The notes beneath the pieces were generated by a model. The model saw only the letters and a list, made by a program, of their open reading frames with translations, did not search any database and was not told the DNA's origin. DNA of 62,550 bases, filler included, from Basidiobolus ranarum (lineage: Eukaryota): NCBI GenBank assembly GCA_040143965.1. It is 38 parts of 38 records of this genome, joined end to end, with 100 filler letters (N's around TTAATTAATTAA, not from the genome) between each part and the next. Parts side by side here need not be neighbours in the genome. Positions count along the whole stretch, not along the records: positions 49,521 to 51,062 come from JASJQH010004877.1; positions 51,163 to 52,704 come from JASJQH010004878.1; positions 52,805 to 54,346 come from JASJQH010004879.1; positions 54,447 to 55,987 come from JASJQH010004880.1; positions 56,088 to 57,628 come from JASJQH010004881.1; positions 57,729 to 59,269 come from JASJQH010004882.1; positions 59,370 to 60,910 come from JASJQH010004883.1; positions 61,011 to 62,550 come from JASJQH010004884.1; 30 more parts are not named here. One strand, given 5' to 3'. A program made the position numbers and the translations under genes. This document shows, piece by piece, positions 49,521-61,264 of the stretch (position 1 is the stretch's first letter; the number at the start of each line of letters is the position of its first letter).

Positions 49521-51062
49521 TATTAATTTGAATTCCTACAGCAGTAAACCCAGTAATTTGCCATTCAGAAATTATATATTTGCAAAATTTGCTATATATT
49601 GAATAACCCATGCCAAATTTGAGGATCAATGTTTTAACATGTATAAATACCGTTAAGATACCATCAAGAAACCGCCATCACACCATCAAAATCCCTTGCA
49701 GAATGCAAGCCCACAAAATTGTGACAGTTCTCTGATGGTTTGGCTATTTTGGAGGGTGAATCCAATCCAGATCAAATTGATTTTATTTTTGTTAGGGCTT
49801 ATCTATTATAACTTACTACACAAACTTCTGAATATCTCATACCATTGACTTACTTTTCTACTATATAAGTCACCACATACTCTTAAGAATAAAGTAACTA
49901 AAACACACTATCATAAGTTGCATCTAATACCAAAGGTCTACCCCCATTATGTCAAGATCCTCCAACAAATTATCAAAACCACTTCCAACAGGCTCCCACA
50001 TACTTTAACAATGAGTACTCCATTGTATTCCATTTCATCCACTAAAATAGTTACTCTATTAATTAGTGATTTAATGTCTTCTACTAGCTTCATCTTTAAG
50101 TTAAAGAATTGTCTTCTTTGAGACATCTGGTTGGCAGCAGATCATGTTTGGTTGGTGTCTTCCATGGTTTCCACACCTTCAATAAATCATGTATAGAAGG
50201 AGGGAAGGATGGGGTTGTTGAAGTTAGCATTGCCTAAAAACCTATATAGTCATATATAACATAGTATTTAGTTACTCTATATTGAGCTAAGATATTACCC
50301 ATTATTCTCATAGGGAATTCACTACGAATATTGTTACCACTGTAGAGGTTCTCAGATAGGTGGCTGTTTCAAACTTGTGCTAGAAGCCCCAAGCTCTGCA
50401 CACATGTTTCTGTGACCTTCCTTAACATATTCTACATGTTGGCTTGCTTACTTCTTGACAAAACTCTGAATGTCAACTTCCTGCTCAATAAATCAAGAAG
50501 TTAAAACCACCAATATCTCTAATTTGCCAAACCACTTTCCCCTAACAGAAGTTTGAGAATTGCCATCATAGAAAAACTTTCACAATTTTAATGCAATTAG
50601 CCCCAAACTTAAAGGCAAGCAAAAAGCCACACCAACACCACAAAGCACCCTGAGTAGCATCACACTACAAGGACATACCAAAATAGTCAAAGTGCTTGAG
50701 GAGGATTTTGAAAATTATGAGGGAAAAAACACAGTGCAAGTATGCAGAAAGTGGCTTCAGAAGAAGAACATTCAACTTGACATTCAGTCTGGGGTTTACT
50801 GTGCAGATATCTGGGAAGAACCTAATACAACATGACACAATATCCAGGGTATCCACCAGATAGCTGGATAACTGTTGATTCAGCAATGTTAATACAATGG
50901 TGAGCTTTGATGGAGACATTGACACAAACTTGTGTTGGGTATGTGCCAAACCTTGGGTATGAAGAACTCTATAAAAATATTCAGGAGAATATATCAAAGA
51001 GACTAGGGATTTTGAAGGTGACAAATTAGCATTCAAGTGGTAATTGTGTAAAATTTGAGTTA
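49521..51062. mobile_element. CACTA right end (to 49797), variant LTR end (49798-50009), copia gag fragment (-), family A LTR (50216-50539) and CACTA left-end fragments (from 50540)
   Basis: TIRs at 49797 and 50540; purine-rich tract 50196-50214 precedes TGTTGAAG. Confidence 0.75.
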
Positions 51063-51162
51063 NNNNNNNNNNNNNNNNNNNNNNNNNNNNNNNNNNNNNN
51101 NNNNNNTTAATTAATTAANNNNNNNNNNNNNNNNNNNNNNNNNNNNNNNNNNNNNNNNNNNN

Positions 51163-52704
51163 CAAATTTCTTAGAGAGGGTTGTTTAATAGTGGGCAAAG
51201 TAGACATTTTGGAAGTTGATGGTATTGACAGTGTTTTGGTTGAACTTTACTCAACTATTGATTTGCTATATAATTGAAGGATAATAATCTCTTCACTTGT
51301 ACTATTGCTGGAAAGGAACACATCATGTAAATTGTTTAATGCTTCATCATTACCCAAGTTAGTTTTAGGTATGTTAATGCCATCCAAATTGGATAGTGGA
51401 TTGCTAGACTGCTCATCAATGAAGTCCTCTGTCTTACTGGTTTTTTTCCTTTTGTGCCAGCATGCTTTAGCTTGGAAGCCAATATTGATCTAGATTTTGA
51501 ATGCTTTTTGAATGGCAGTGAAATTTTCAGATGGTAAACTTGGTGTAATGAAATTGCTTAGAAATAGCTCATAATAAACTAAAATTGCCATTGATTGCCG
51601 GAAATATCTTCTAAATCTCCTGATGACTCATCTGTGACACCATCTCAGAATCAACTGATGATATCAATGGGTTATACCTAAAAACCACCCTTTTGTAGGA
51701 GGTGTTTGTTTTTCTACAATATCCTTCTCATGACACAACACTAACATTCAAAGAAGCCTTGCTATTATTGTCACAAATTCTTGTTCTATGAGAGCCAGGG
51801 CCTTCATAGAAAGAATAATCACAAGAATGGTCACTGTACAAAGCCACCAGCTGTACAAAGCCTGGTGTACAACAACAGTATTAAGTGCACCATGTTGACT
51901 TTTATTTTGGCCATTGAGTCCACTGACTATATTTTGCCTCCAAGTTTTGGTAACACTGCCAATAGTCAAGAAACCATAGAGTTACTCCAGTTTTATGACC
52001 AGAATAATGGAGGTAGAAATGCAACTTTGGTCAAACCAGTAAGTCCAGACAACTTTGATAACTTGCTGCTAGATGTTGACCTTGGTTATTCCATTAACAA
52101 TGGTAGTATATCAGAAGTTGAAGAAGAAGGCAATGGCTTTGTTACATTGAAGGAGAAGACAATGGTTTTGTTATGGACTCTGTGTTATTGGCAAATATTA
52201 GTGCACTGATAACACTTACTGTAAAGGAAGCAGCTTGGATTATTGATGAGTGGAGAGTTCAATCCAATCTTAGCAACCAGGTATTTATTGATTTTCTTAC
52301 ACTTTTAGCACAGTTCTTTGGCAAATGTTGCTTGCCACAGACCTGGTACAAGTGGAAAACACTTGTCAATTGTATGACTTATAATCCTTCAGTAATTAAA
52401 CTACCTTCATGTCCAAATTGTTGTTTGGCTTTCACCAGTGATCTGAACAACCTGCAGTCACATATTGTTTGCACACAATTGGCAATCACTGAATCAGGTA
52501 AATAGTGTACATATTTGACTTACATACTGTTGATTCCCTGACTTAAAGTTTTGATGAAATCACTCAAATTTAGATCATTAATCTAATACCAAAGTACTCA
52601 CTGAAAGCTGATGGTATTACCAATATATATGATGCATATCACTACCAGAATCTGAAACGTCAAGGTTACTTTAAGACCATGTACAATCATGCATTTACAT
52701 TGGC
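51163..52704 (+). mobile_element. CACTA internal segment (divergent ORF2 start and transposase N-terminus)
   Basis: Colinear with 8282-9836. Confidence 0.82.
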
Positions 52705-52804
52705 NNNNNNNNNNNNNNNNNNNNNNNNNNNNNNNNNNNNNNNNNNNNTTAATTAATTAANNNNNNNNNNNNNNNNNNNNNNNNNNNNNNNNNNNNNNNN
52801 NNNN

Positions 52805-53049
52805 ATATATATTTGAATAATGTGAGAATTAGCAATTCCATATTGGAAATTTCAAACTTGTCCAAATTGCCCCTAAGATAGCTCATTTTACTCCCACATA
52901 TATTCTGAAAACAGCCTCAGTGTTAGTTTTTGGTATTCCCACCAAAATGTCTAAATGTCTATTTCTGGACAATAAATAATTATCTCTGAAAAGCTATTCA
53001 AAACTCCACTTTTCTAAAGTTCCTCCAAACAGCCCATATTTTCCCAATA
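52805..53049. mobile_element. Unclassified repeat terminus ending CAGCCCATATTTTCCCAATA
   Basis: Second copy at 61011-61264 ends at the same base, next to different flanking elements. Confidence 0.65.
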
Positions 53050-54346
53050 TTATCAGGACTATATTAGAAATGGCAAGAGCTAAGCTAAATGTACAAAATT
53101 TGTCTCATAACTTTTGGGCAGAATCTGTTGCTTGAGCTATATATCTGAAGAATAATAGTTTTACCAGAACTCTCTCTAACTCTACACCATGTCAAGCTTG
53201 GTTTGGAGTCAAACCTGATGAAAAACATTTGCGGATATTTGGATGCATTGCTTATGTCAAAATTATGACCAAATCAGTCTAAATTTCATCCAATAAGTAA
53301 GAAATGGACATTTCTGCGTTATTTTACTCAAACTAAGGCCTACAGACTCTATGATACCCAAATTTTCAAGTTAATCAAGTCCAGGGATGTTTTGTGCAAT
53401 GAAAATGAAGACATTCACCCAATATGACCTCAAAGGATGCTAAAAATCAATTTTCCCCTGTTCCAATCATTCAAATTGATTAAAACCAAAACAATGAAGA
53501 AAAAAGCATTACTATGGATCCTTCAACAAAGATTATATCCATTGAAGCTCCTAATACAGTATCAAAAGTTGTAGCATCCTTATCCCACACCAGGAGATCA
53601 AATTGGATCAGAAATAGCCCTGATTACTATCTAATGAGTCCCAAAATTTGGCCTAGGCCTGCACAGCTCAAATACATGAACCCTTGACTGTAAAAGAGGC
53701 CTTGAATGGTTCTCACACAAAATTTGGAGATCTTCAATTGCTGGTGAATACCAGTCTTTGATTGATTATCAAACTTGGATTTTAACCAGCTTGTCTGATG
53801 ATGGAAAATCAATAGGCTGCCAATGGGTTTTTAAAGTTAAATACAACATTGATGGCAATATAGAAAGATACAAGGCTAGATTAGTAGCCAAAGGCTATCC
53901 CAAACACCAGGAATATATTGTACAGAAACTTTTACACCTGTAGCAAAGTATAATTCAATTAGTTTGATTTTAGTAATTTTTGCTAAATATCAGTGTCTTT
54001 TACATCAAATGGATGTTAAAGCTGCTTTTTTAAATGATGAGGTTGCTGAGGAGTTCTATATGGACCAGTCTGATGGATTGGGAACCCAGAAAACTCTAAA
54101 AAAGCTTACACACTCCAGAAAACACTCAATGGCTTAAAACAATTTCCATGAGCTTTGAATGGCAAGTTAGATGCTTTTTTGAAAACACTCAAATTCCATA
54201 GAGTAATGATGACTACAGTATCTACATCAGGCCCAATAAGACAAGTCCAGTTTTATTAGCCCTATATGTAGATGACCCTACTATAGCAACCAATTACTGA
54301 ATGACTTTGGAAAAAACCAAATCCAGCTTATCTGCCAAATTCAAAA
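53050..54346 (+). mobile_element. Copia integrase and RT pseudogene
   Basis: Colinear with 6626-7810; [26 protein letters not shown]. Confidence 0.9.
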
Positions 54347-54558
54347 NNNNNNNNNNNNNNNNNNNNNNNNNNNNNNNNNNNNNNNNNNNNTTAATTAATT
54401 AANNNNNNNNNNNNNNNNNNNNNNNNNNNNNNNNNNNNNNNNNNNNGAAATGTGGTTACAACAGAAGATCACTTGTTCATATCTGCTCTATCTATGACTA
54501 CCAACAAGGATTCTCAGACGTGGTATATTGATTCTGGAGCTTCCCAACATTTCACAAT

Positions 54559-55700
54559 GCTTGTACCACAAGTCACCAGACTTTCAACAGGTTGAAGCAT
54601 TAACCACCAAACAAAACCCACAAGATAAATGACCTGCTTCAACATGTACCACCATTTGACCTTGGCCATGGCTAGTTGAAAGTGATGATGCCCCTACTGT
54701 GGTAGAAGAAGCAATAATTGCCAAGCATGAAGCACAAGGTAGACAACTTGCGCTAATATGTACTGCCTTGAGACTGCTGCCACAGCCAGTTGAAAGAGAT
54801 GAAGCTTCTACCATGGTCAAATCCTCAATAGCTGTCAAGCACAAACCTTGAGTGAGACATTCCAGGTGGATGAATGGGACTGTTTACCTATAGCAATAGC
54901 TGGTTGACCCATTAAGTGAAGGCTTCTCATCCGAAGAGGAGACTGTAGAAGCAAACAAACCTGAAACTTGACCAGGTGAGCCAAAGCAAGCCACAGCACA
55001 TTGACCCCAGGCCACAACTCATGCTGGCCAAGGTAAAGGTACTCCAGTAGGATCAAACAAACCAACCCAGTGCAGAGGCTCAAGCAAAGTTCCTTCCATG
55101 TAAATATCAAGGAAACAACAAAGATAACAAAACCAAATCAGCATGTACTGCTTCATACATGGCCAATTGCTGAATGCTTTTAGACATTATTGCATATTCA
55201 AAAGACAATGAAAGCTTTATTCATAGTGTCTTAAGTATGGAGCTCTCAATGGATATCTTTGAGTATGAATGTATTGAAAGTTGATCAAGATTTGACCTAC
55301 TTTGCCTAACTTTGATTGAGGCCTACAAAATGATTGTCCTGCATACTTTCCTGCAGCAATGCTATATATTTTTAGGAAACCAAAGCTATGTTTTACTCTA
55401 GCTCTAAAATGGGACAAAGTGTCATTATAAAGCTTTTGCCTCTCTGTGAGTATCTCTCCTCCAGGCCTCTTGTTAGCTGTGACACATCATAGCTATCTGC
55501 ATTCTTTCCCAACATATGCCAAATCAGCCATAATCTCCTCATGTCTTACAAATGGTACATGCCTCTCAGCCCTAAGCCTTTTGTCACGGTTTCTCACTTG
55601 ATGTGGCCCATTAAACTAAATGATATATCCATCCAAATTTGTCAAAGCCTGGAACTTTATATAGTGAGCTTTTATACTTGCCAGAAGAGAACAGTTTTTG
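54559..55700. mobile_element. Harbinger-like element: 38-aa-repeat ORF (+) convergent with DDE transposase (-, ends 55217)
   Basis: FRARVKHSFGFLK..LRHYE* matches 12191-12595; VERDEASTMV repeat matches 39654-40070. Confidence 0.72.
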
Positions 55701-56087
55701 CTTGCTTTTGGGCCCAATTATTCTGACAGGAAATGTGTTAAGAATACATCTGATATGAACTCCATTGCAAAATACTCCAGGAAATGGAAGGAAATTACAG
55801 TCTCTCAATCTGTGGTCTCTGGCACCTTCACCATTATTCATTACTGAAGCTGGATAATTCTCACTTATTTGAAGCCTGGTAACAAAGCTTCTCCCACTTT
55901 TACTACAATTAATAGTGCACTTAATTTTGATTGGACAATACTTATTGAAGTAACAAACCCTAACAAAAATAAAATTTATTTGATCTGNNNNNNNNNNNNN
56001 NNNNNNNNNNNNNNNNNNNNNNNNNNNNNNNTTAATTAATTAANNNNNNNNNNNNNNNNNNNNNNNNNNNNNNNNNNNNNNNNNNNN

Positions 56088-57628
56088 GTGAATTAATATG
56101 CATGCCTTTATTTAGATATTTAAGGCTTTGTATTTCAGTCATAATGAGAATCAAAAAATACAAGAATCTTGTTTTGTTTAGTCTCTACATATGCACATAT
56201 TTGACTGATTAGACATCTCAACAACATCAATATGCTTTACTAGCAAACTAATAGTGGGAAAATTGCTAAACATCTGAAATTTCAAATAGCACTAACACTT
56301 GGCAAATGGCTGACTCTTGTTACCATTCACAATGAGAATAAGCCCTTGGATTTTGGCAAATTTCCGTAAAGAATTCAGCCAATATATCCCCAACTTGTAA
56401 TCAACAAATGTCCTGCCACAAGTAGATGTTTCATTACTTGAACAGATTACCCCATGGCTAAAACAATAAAACTGCATATCTCCATCTATCTCACCAAGAA
56501 GTGTGTCTTGCAGCTTTCCTAAAAATACCTTCAGATTATCACACAAGCAAATTATTCCAAATATGAAGATACTTACTCTGTGTCCATGAATTGGGCTTTG
56601 TTGCTGTTATTGTGCTCAAACAATGCAAAAACCCATGAGCACATTGATAAGAGCCCTTTGCTGGCAGGTTAATATACTCTGGAGTCTGCTGAACCCATTG
56701 CATTACATCCATCACTGATTTTGCTGATACATTGTTAATCAGATTAGCATACGGTAATACTGACGATTTCACACGGAGCATCATTTCACCGCAGGTGCGC
56801 TCCATTGGGAACTCCCAGAATGTATAGCAAGGGCCTATAATCTCTAAGCATTGTGAAAGATGCAGCAGGGAATGTATTGAATACCGGCATAGATTCAGTC
56901 TATCTTCTTTAAACCTGTAATAAAGTTTTTCATATCCAATTACAAAATCTTCGCACAGTCGCTGTATCTGCCTGAGATCTGCCAATGTGAGTTGATGCCG
57001 TAAGAATATATTAACAATATCGACAAACAACTCCCAATGTTGCCAATACTTATCAGGCAGAAATCTTTTCAAAATTCCACTTGAATATATACAAATCCAA
57101 TACTTCCAGTCTTTGCATTTGAATAAATGCCTAGATGAGTGGATATTGATGGGAGTCCTGGTAAAATATGATGGTATCTTGACGTTTTCAAGCATTTTCC
57201 CAATCAATTCAAACTTTGATCCTATCTCAAATGGCTCATTCATATTGAATTTTCCACTGTATAGCTGAGTAAGTAGTATCGGAATGTTGTTGAATAGTAA
57301 GTGCATGGTGCCTAATGGGAAGCTCTGGCTCCAGCTGATCCCCTTTAGCAATATAATCTTAGGCTTACGGCTAATACCAAGTTTGATGTTAGACTGACTA
57401 TTTGGTGAATTGATATCAGTGATCATGTTGAAATCTGACCGGGCTCTTGATGGTAAAATCATGGAGTTTAGTGTTGTATTTGGATAGTAGTAATGCGTAT
57501 GCCTGTTAGAGTAAACTCCATTGATTTGACAAAATCTACAGCAAGATAGTGCATTGTGCCCGCGAAAACCTCCAAGTTTACTGATGGCAGGAGTGTCACC
57601 AATACATACAATGATATTAGCTTTAATA
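56088..57628 (-). mobile_element. Least-decayed CACTA transposase copy: frame open 57627-56577, intron 56576-56519, 3' exon
   Basis: SIHSLLHL..GP..FWEFPMER motif; GTAAGT..TTTTAG intron restores the frame; CpGs retained. Confidence 0.9.
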
Positions 57629-58469
57629 NNNNNNNNNNNNNNNNNNNNNNNNNNNNNNNNNNNNNNNNNNNNTTAATTAATTAANNNNNNNNNNNNNNNN
57701 NNNNNNNNNNNNNNNNNNNNNNNNNNNNGTATTTATCCAATGAACTTACGGAACCTGATCAAAGTGAATCCTTTGGAACAGACTTTCAATCCAGTTATCT
57801 TCAGTTCCCGATCGCTCATACCACATATGGGAATATGGTTAAATATGGTAAGGCCTGTTGTCTGAATTCTTGTTAAGATATTTGTTTATAGTGGTAGTCA
57901 CGAATATAGTCTATTGAATATTGGAACAAATAAATCATATCTAGTGATTCTTACTCTCCATTGTGACTGGAGACCATTTAACTCCCAGCAGTCTAGATCG
58001 GTTCAGATTAAATTTACTTCATATTTTTGGTTAGAGAATTCCATAGTATCTTGGAATCAGCACATGGGAATTTTTTCAATGTGGGATAGGTTGAATTTGA
58101 AAAATCACTAGTAACTCCTGAACTTGTATAAACTACGGAATTTTCATGATTAAAAAGATGATCAATAAGAATACTAATACATTATGACACTACATCACAC
58201 TTGAATGTCTCTTTATTGATTAGGAAACTTAGTTAAGAATAGATGGTGCAATGAAGGTTCTATTATCGGAAATAAGCCAGCTCGTTTTTCTACGGTTGAT
58301 TTAGTGTATCTAGTTTGATGATAGAAATTATGAGTAAGCTACTTTTGTAGTTAACAGGAATCGAAACTGATAGTGGATGGACTGTTTCTACTAAAAAAAA
58401 TCCGACGTTAGTAGGGAACTATATCATAGTACTCCTACGTCACTTAGACACACGATACCTGTTAACAAC

Positions 58470-59000
58470 AAATCCAGGACATGTCTCTCTCTGGTTTCCA
58501 CAAGTAAGAAGGATAGAGCGAGAAATAAAGAGCACAATTAGTTAGCGTGAAAGCAGTCTTTTGGCAATGGCCTTAGATTACATAATTTTCACTATCATTC
58601 TAGAGAGGTTAGCGGAATGATTCTGCTAATTTTTCAAAAAAATCAGTGAAGTTCTAGAAATAAATATTCAACCTGATAAATACTTCATTAAACACATATT
58701 TATTTTGTATTCAGTACATGCTAATTATTCTATATAAATCCAGGACATGTCTCTCAGTGGTTACAACAAGTGAGAAGGATAGAGCAAGAAGCACAAAGTG
58801 AAACCAATATCTTGGTAATAGTCTTACACTGCATGCTTTTTAATACATTTCCAGAGATTTTGAAAAAATAATTTGGCTAATTTGTTCATGAACCTCAGAC
58901 TAAAGTTCTGGAAATAAATATTTCACGTGGCAAGTACTTCATTACTGGTATATATATTTTACTTTCAATACTTTCTGATTATTCTATATCAAAAATATGC
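58470..59000. repeat. Diverged tandem duplication, period about 260 bp
   Basis: AATCCAGGACATGTCTCTC at 58471 and 58737; AAGTTCT.GAAATAAATATT at about 58649 and 58904. Confidence 0.7.
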
Positions 59001-59070
59001 AGAGGGAATAAGAAACAAAAGATGGCTAGTTGCGTTATCTATTGCAGGTATCTATGACCAGAAGTGGTAT

Positions 59071-59268
59071 CTACTCATACCAGATGAATGATACTCCTTC
59101 ACCAGTATTAAAGGTGACGTAGGTGGTGATATAAGGTCCTCCCTCTCCATTAACTATATAGTTCCAGTTACTCGTATACACACTTCCGTCATCGTTGATG
59201 CTTTCGACTACGGCAACGTGGCCATATGAGTCACATCCTTGATATCCTGGCTGGATGGCAATGATAGA
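59071..59268 (-). CDS. CHAP-domain peptidoglycan amidase/endopeptidase, C-terminal 65 aa (5' part missing)
   Basis: Manual translation SIIAIQPGYQGCDSYGHVAVVESINDDGSVYTSNWNYIVNGEGGPYITTYVTFNTGEGVSFIWYE*; contains the GHVAVVE catalytic-His strand. Absent from the ORF track. Confidence 0.85.
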   Translation of the reverse strand, partial: SIIAIQPGYQGCDSYGHVAVVESINDDGSVYTSNWNYIVNGEGGPYITTYVTFNTGEGVSFIWYE

Positions 59269-59369
59269 ANNNNNNNNNNNNNNNNNNNNNNNNNNNNNNN
59301 NNNNNNNNNNNNNTTAATTAATTAANNNNNNNNNNNNNNNNNNNNNNNNNNNNNNNNNNNNNNNNNNNN

Positions 59370-60910
59370 TAGGCCTATACTAGCCCAATTGCCATTTGCT
59401 TGCAAAAACCCAGGATAAGCCACATGAAATAAGTCAAGAACCTTCAGAGTAACACCTGGTTTTTGGTTTTTCCATGATTGGCTCAAATCCTGGTGATTTT
59501 GGGCAAGATTCTGCACAGCTTCCAAAATGTTAAACCACTCATCATCAGAGCAAGTGATGGCAGCTCTGACATTCAGAGTCTTCTGCTTTGCCAGTTTTCC
59601 TATGAGATTCCTACTTTCACATGCCCAAGCAATTTTGGATCATTGTGTAGGCTTAATGGTCCAACACATATTCTGCTCTGCATGACTGTCATGGTGATGT
59701 TCATATGAATGGTGTGGGATTGATTGAAATCCCCTATGAGAATGGACAGAGGAAGCAGCATGTTGCTGAAGCTCAAGTACAGGATTCTCAAGGTCTTGTT
59801 TCATTGTTAGGTGACTCTCTAACTATTACCTAGTTGCTTCTGGACACTGCATTAATTGCAATATTGCAGTATTATTACCTGTCATGGTCTGTATAGCAAC
59901 TTTGTAGTTTTTACTTATGATTGCTTACAAATCATTATGATGTTCTGCCTGCAACTCCCTTGTTGTAACAATTATATCCAAATTTTCTATGGAGGGTTGT
60001 TCAATAGTGAGCAAAGTAGCCATTTTGGAAGCTAATGGTCTTGATGATGTTTTGGTTGAACTTTGCTACGTAATTGGGGGATTACAATCTCTTCACTTGC
60101 ACTATTGCTGGATAGGAACACATCTGGAAAATTGATTAATACTTGATCATTACCTAAGTTAGTTTCCAGCTTATTAATGCCTTTGAAAGTGGTTAGTGGA
60201 TTGCTAGACTGCCCATCAATTAAATCCCCTGTTCTTGCTGGTTTTCTTTGTTTTGTGCCAGCAAGCTTTGGCTTGGAAGCTGATTTTGATTTATATTTTG
60301 AATGCTTTTTGAATGGCACTGAAATTTTCAGATGGGAAACTTGGAGTAATGAAATTGCTTAGAAACAGCTTATTATAAGCCTAAATTGGCATTGATTACA
60401 GGAAATATCTTGTCAATCCCTTGATGACTCATCTGTGACACTGTCTCAGAATCAGCTGATGATATTGATGGGCTATACCTAAAGTACCACCCTCCCCTAG
60501 GAGGTATTCTTCTTTCTACACTATCCTTCTCATGCTGCAACACAAACATTTAAAGCAGCCCTGTTATTATTGCCACAGATTCTTGTGCTATGAAAGCCAG
60601 AGGCTTCATAAAAATATAATCACAAGCATGGTCACTGTACAAAGCCACCAGCTGAACCAAGCCTGGTGTATAACAACTGTAATAAGTGCACTAAATTAAC
60701 TTTAGTTTTGCCCATTGAGTCTACTAACTGTACTTTGTCTCAAAGTTTCATTAACACTGCCAAAAGTCAAGATACCATGGAGTTACCACAGTTATATGAC
60801 CAAATAATGTGGGTAGAAATGCAACTTTGGCATACCAGTAAGTCCAGACAACTTTGAGGACTTGTTGCTAGATGTTGACCTTGGTTATTCCAGTACCAAT
60901 GGTAGTATAT
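59370..60910 (+). mobile_element. CACTA internal segment with ORF2 (-, starts 60319) and transposase 5' region
   Basis: MPFKKHSKYK..; overlaps 18049-18107 and 20540-21300. Confidence 0.8.
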
Positions 60911-61264
60911 NNNNNNNNNNNNNNNNNNNNNNNNNNNNNNNNNNNNNNNNNNNNTTAATTAATTAANNNNNNNNNNNNNNNNNNNNNNNNNNNNNNNNNN
61001 NNNNNNNNNNATATATTATATATGTATGTGAATAATGTGAGAATTAGCAATTCCATATTGGAAATTTCAAACTCATCCAAATTGCCCCAAAGATGGCTCA
61101 TTTTACTCCCACAGATGTTCTTAACACAACCCCAGTGTTAGTTTTCTGTATTTCCACCAAAATGTATAAATGCTTTATTTCTTGATAATAAATAATTATC
61201 TTACAAAGCAATTCATAACTCCACTTTTCTAAAGTTCCTCCAAACAGCCCATATTTTCCCAATA

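Noticed and set aside
1239-55964. Scattered CCCTAAC/GTTAGGG as telomere remnants
   Set aside because: Single hexamers always joined to the same subterminal sequences; they are CACTA TIRs.
4732-59268. Lysozyme, CHAP, SUKH and RNA polymerase as one phage or gene cluster
   Set aside because: They lie on separate unlinked contigs with different composition, and the lysozyme contig carries a host LTR.
1558-61010. Regularly spaced TTAATTAATTAA repeats flanked by Ns
   Set aside because: Artificial contig linker, not biological. It also rules out any synteny inference across contigs.
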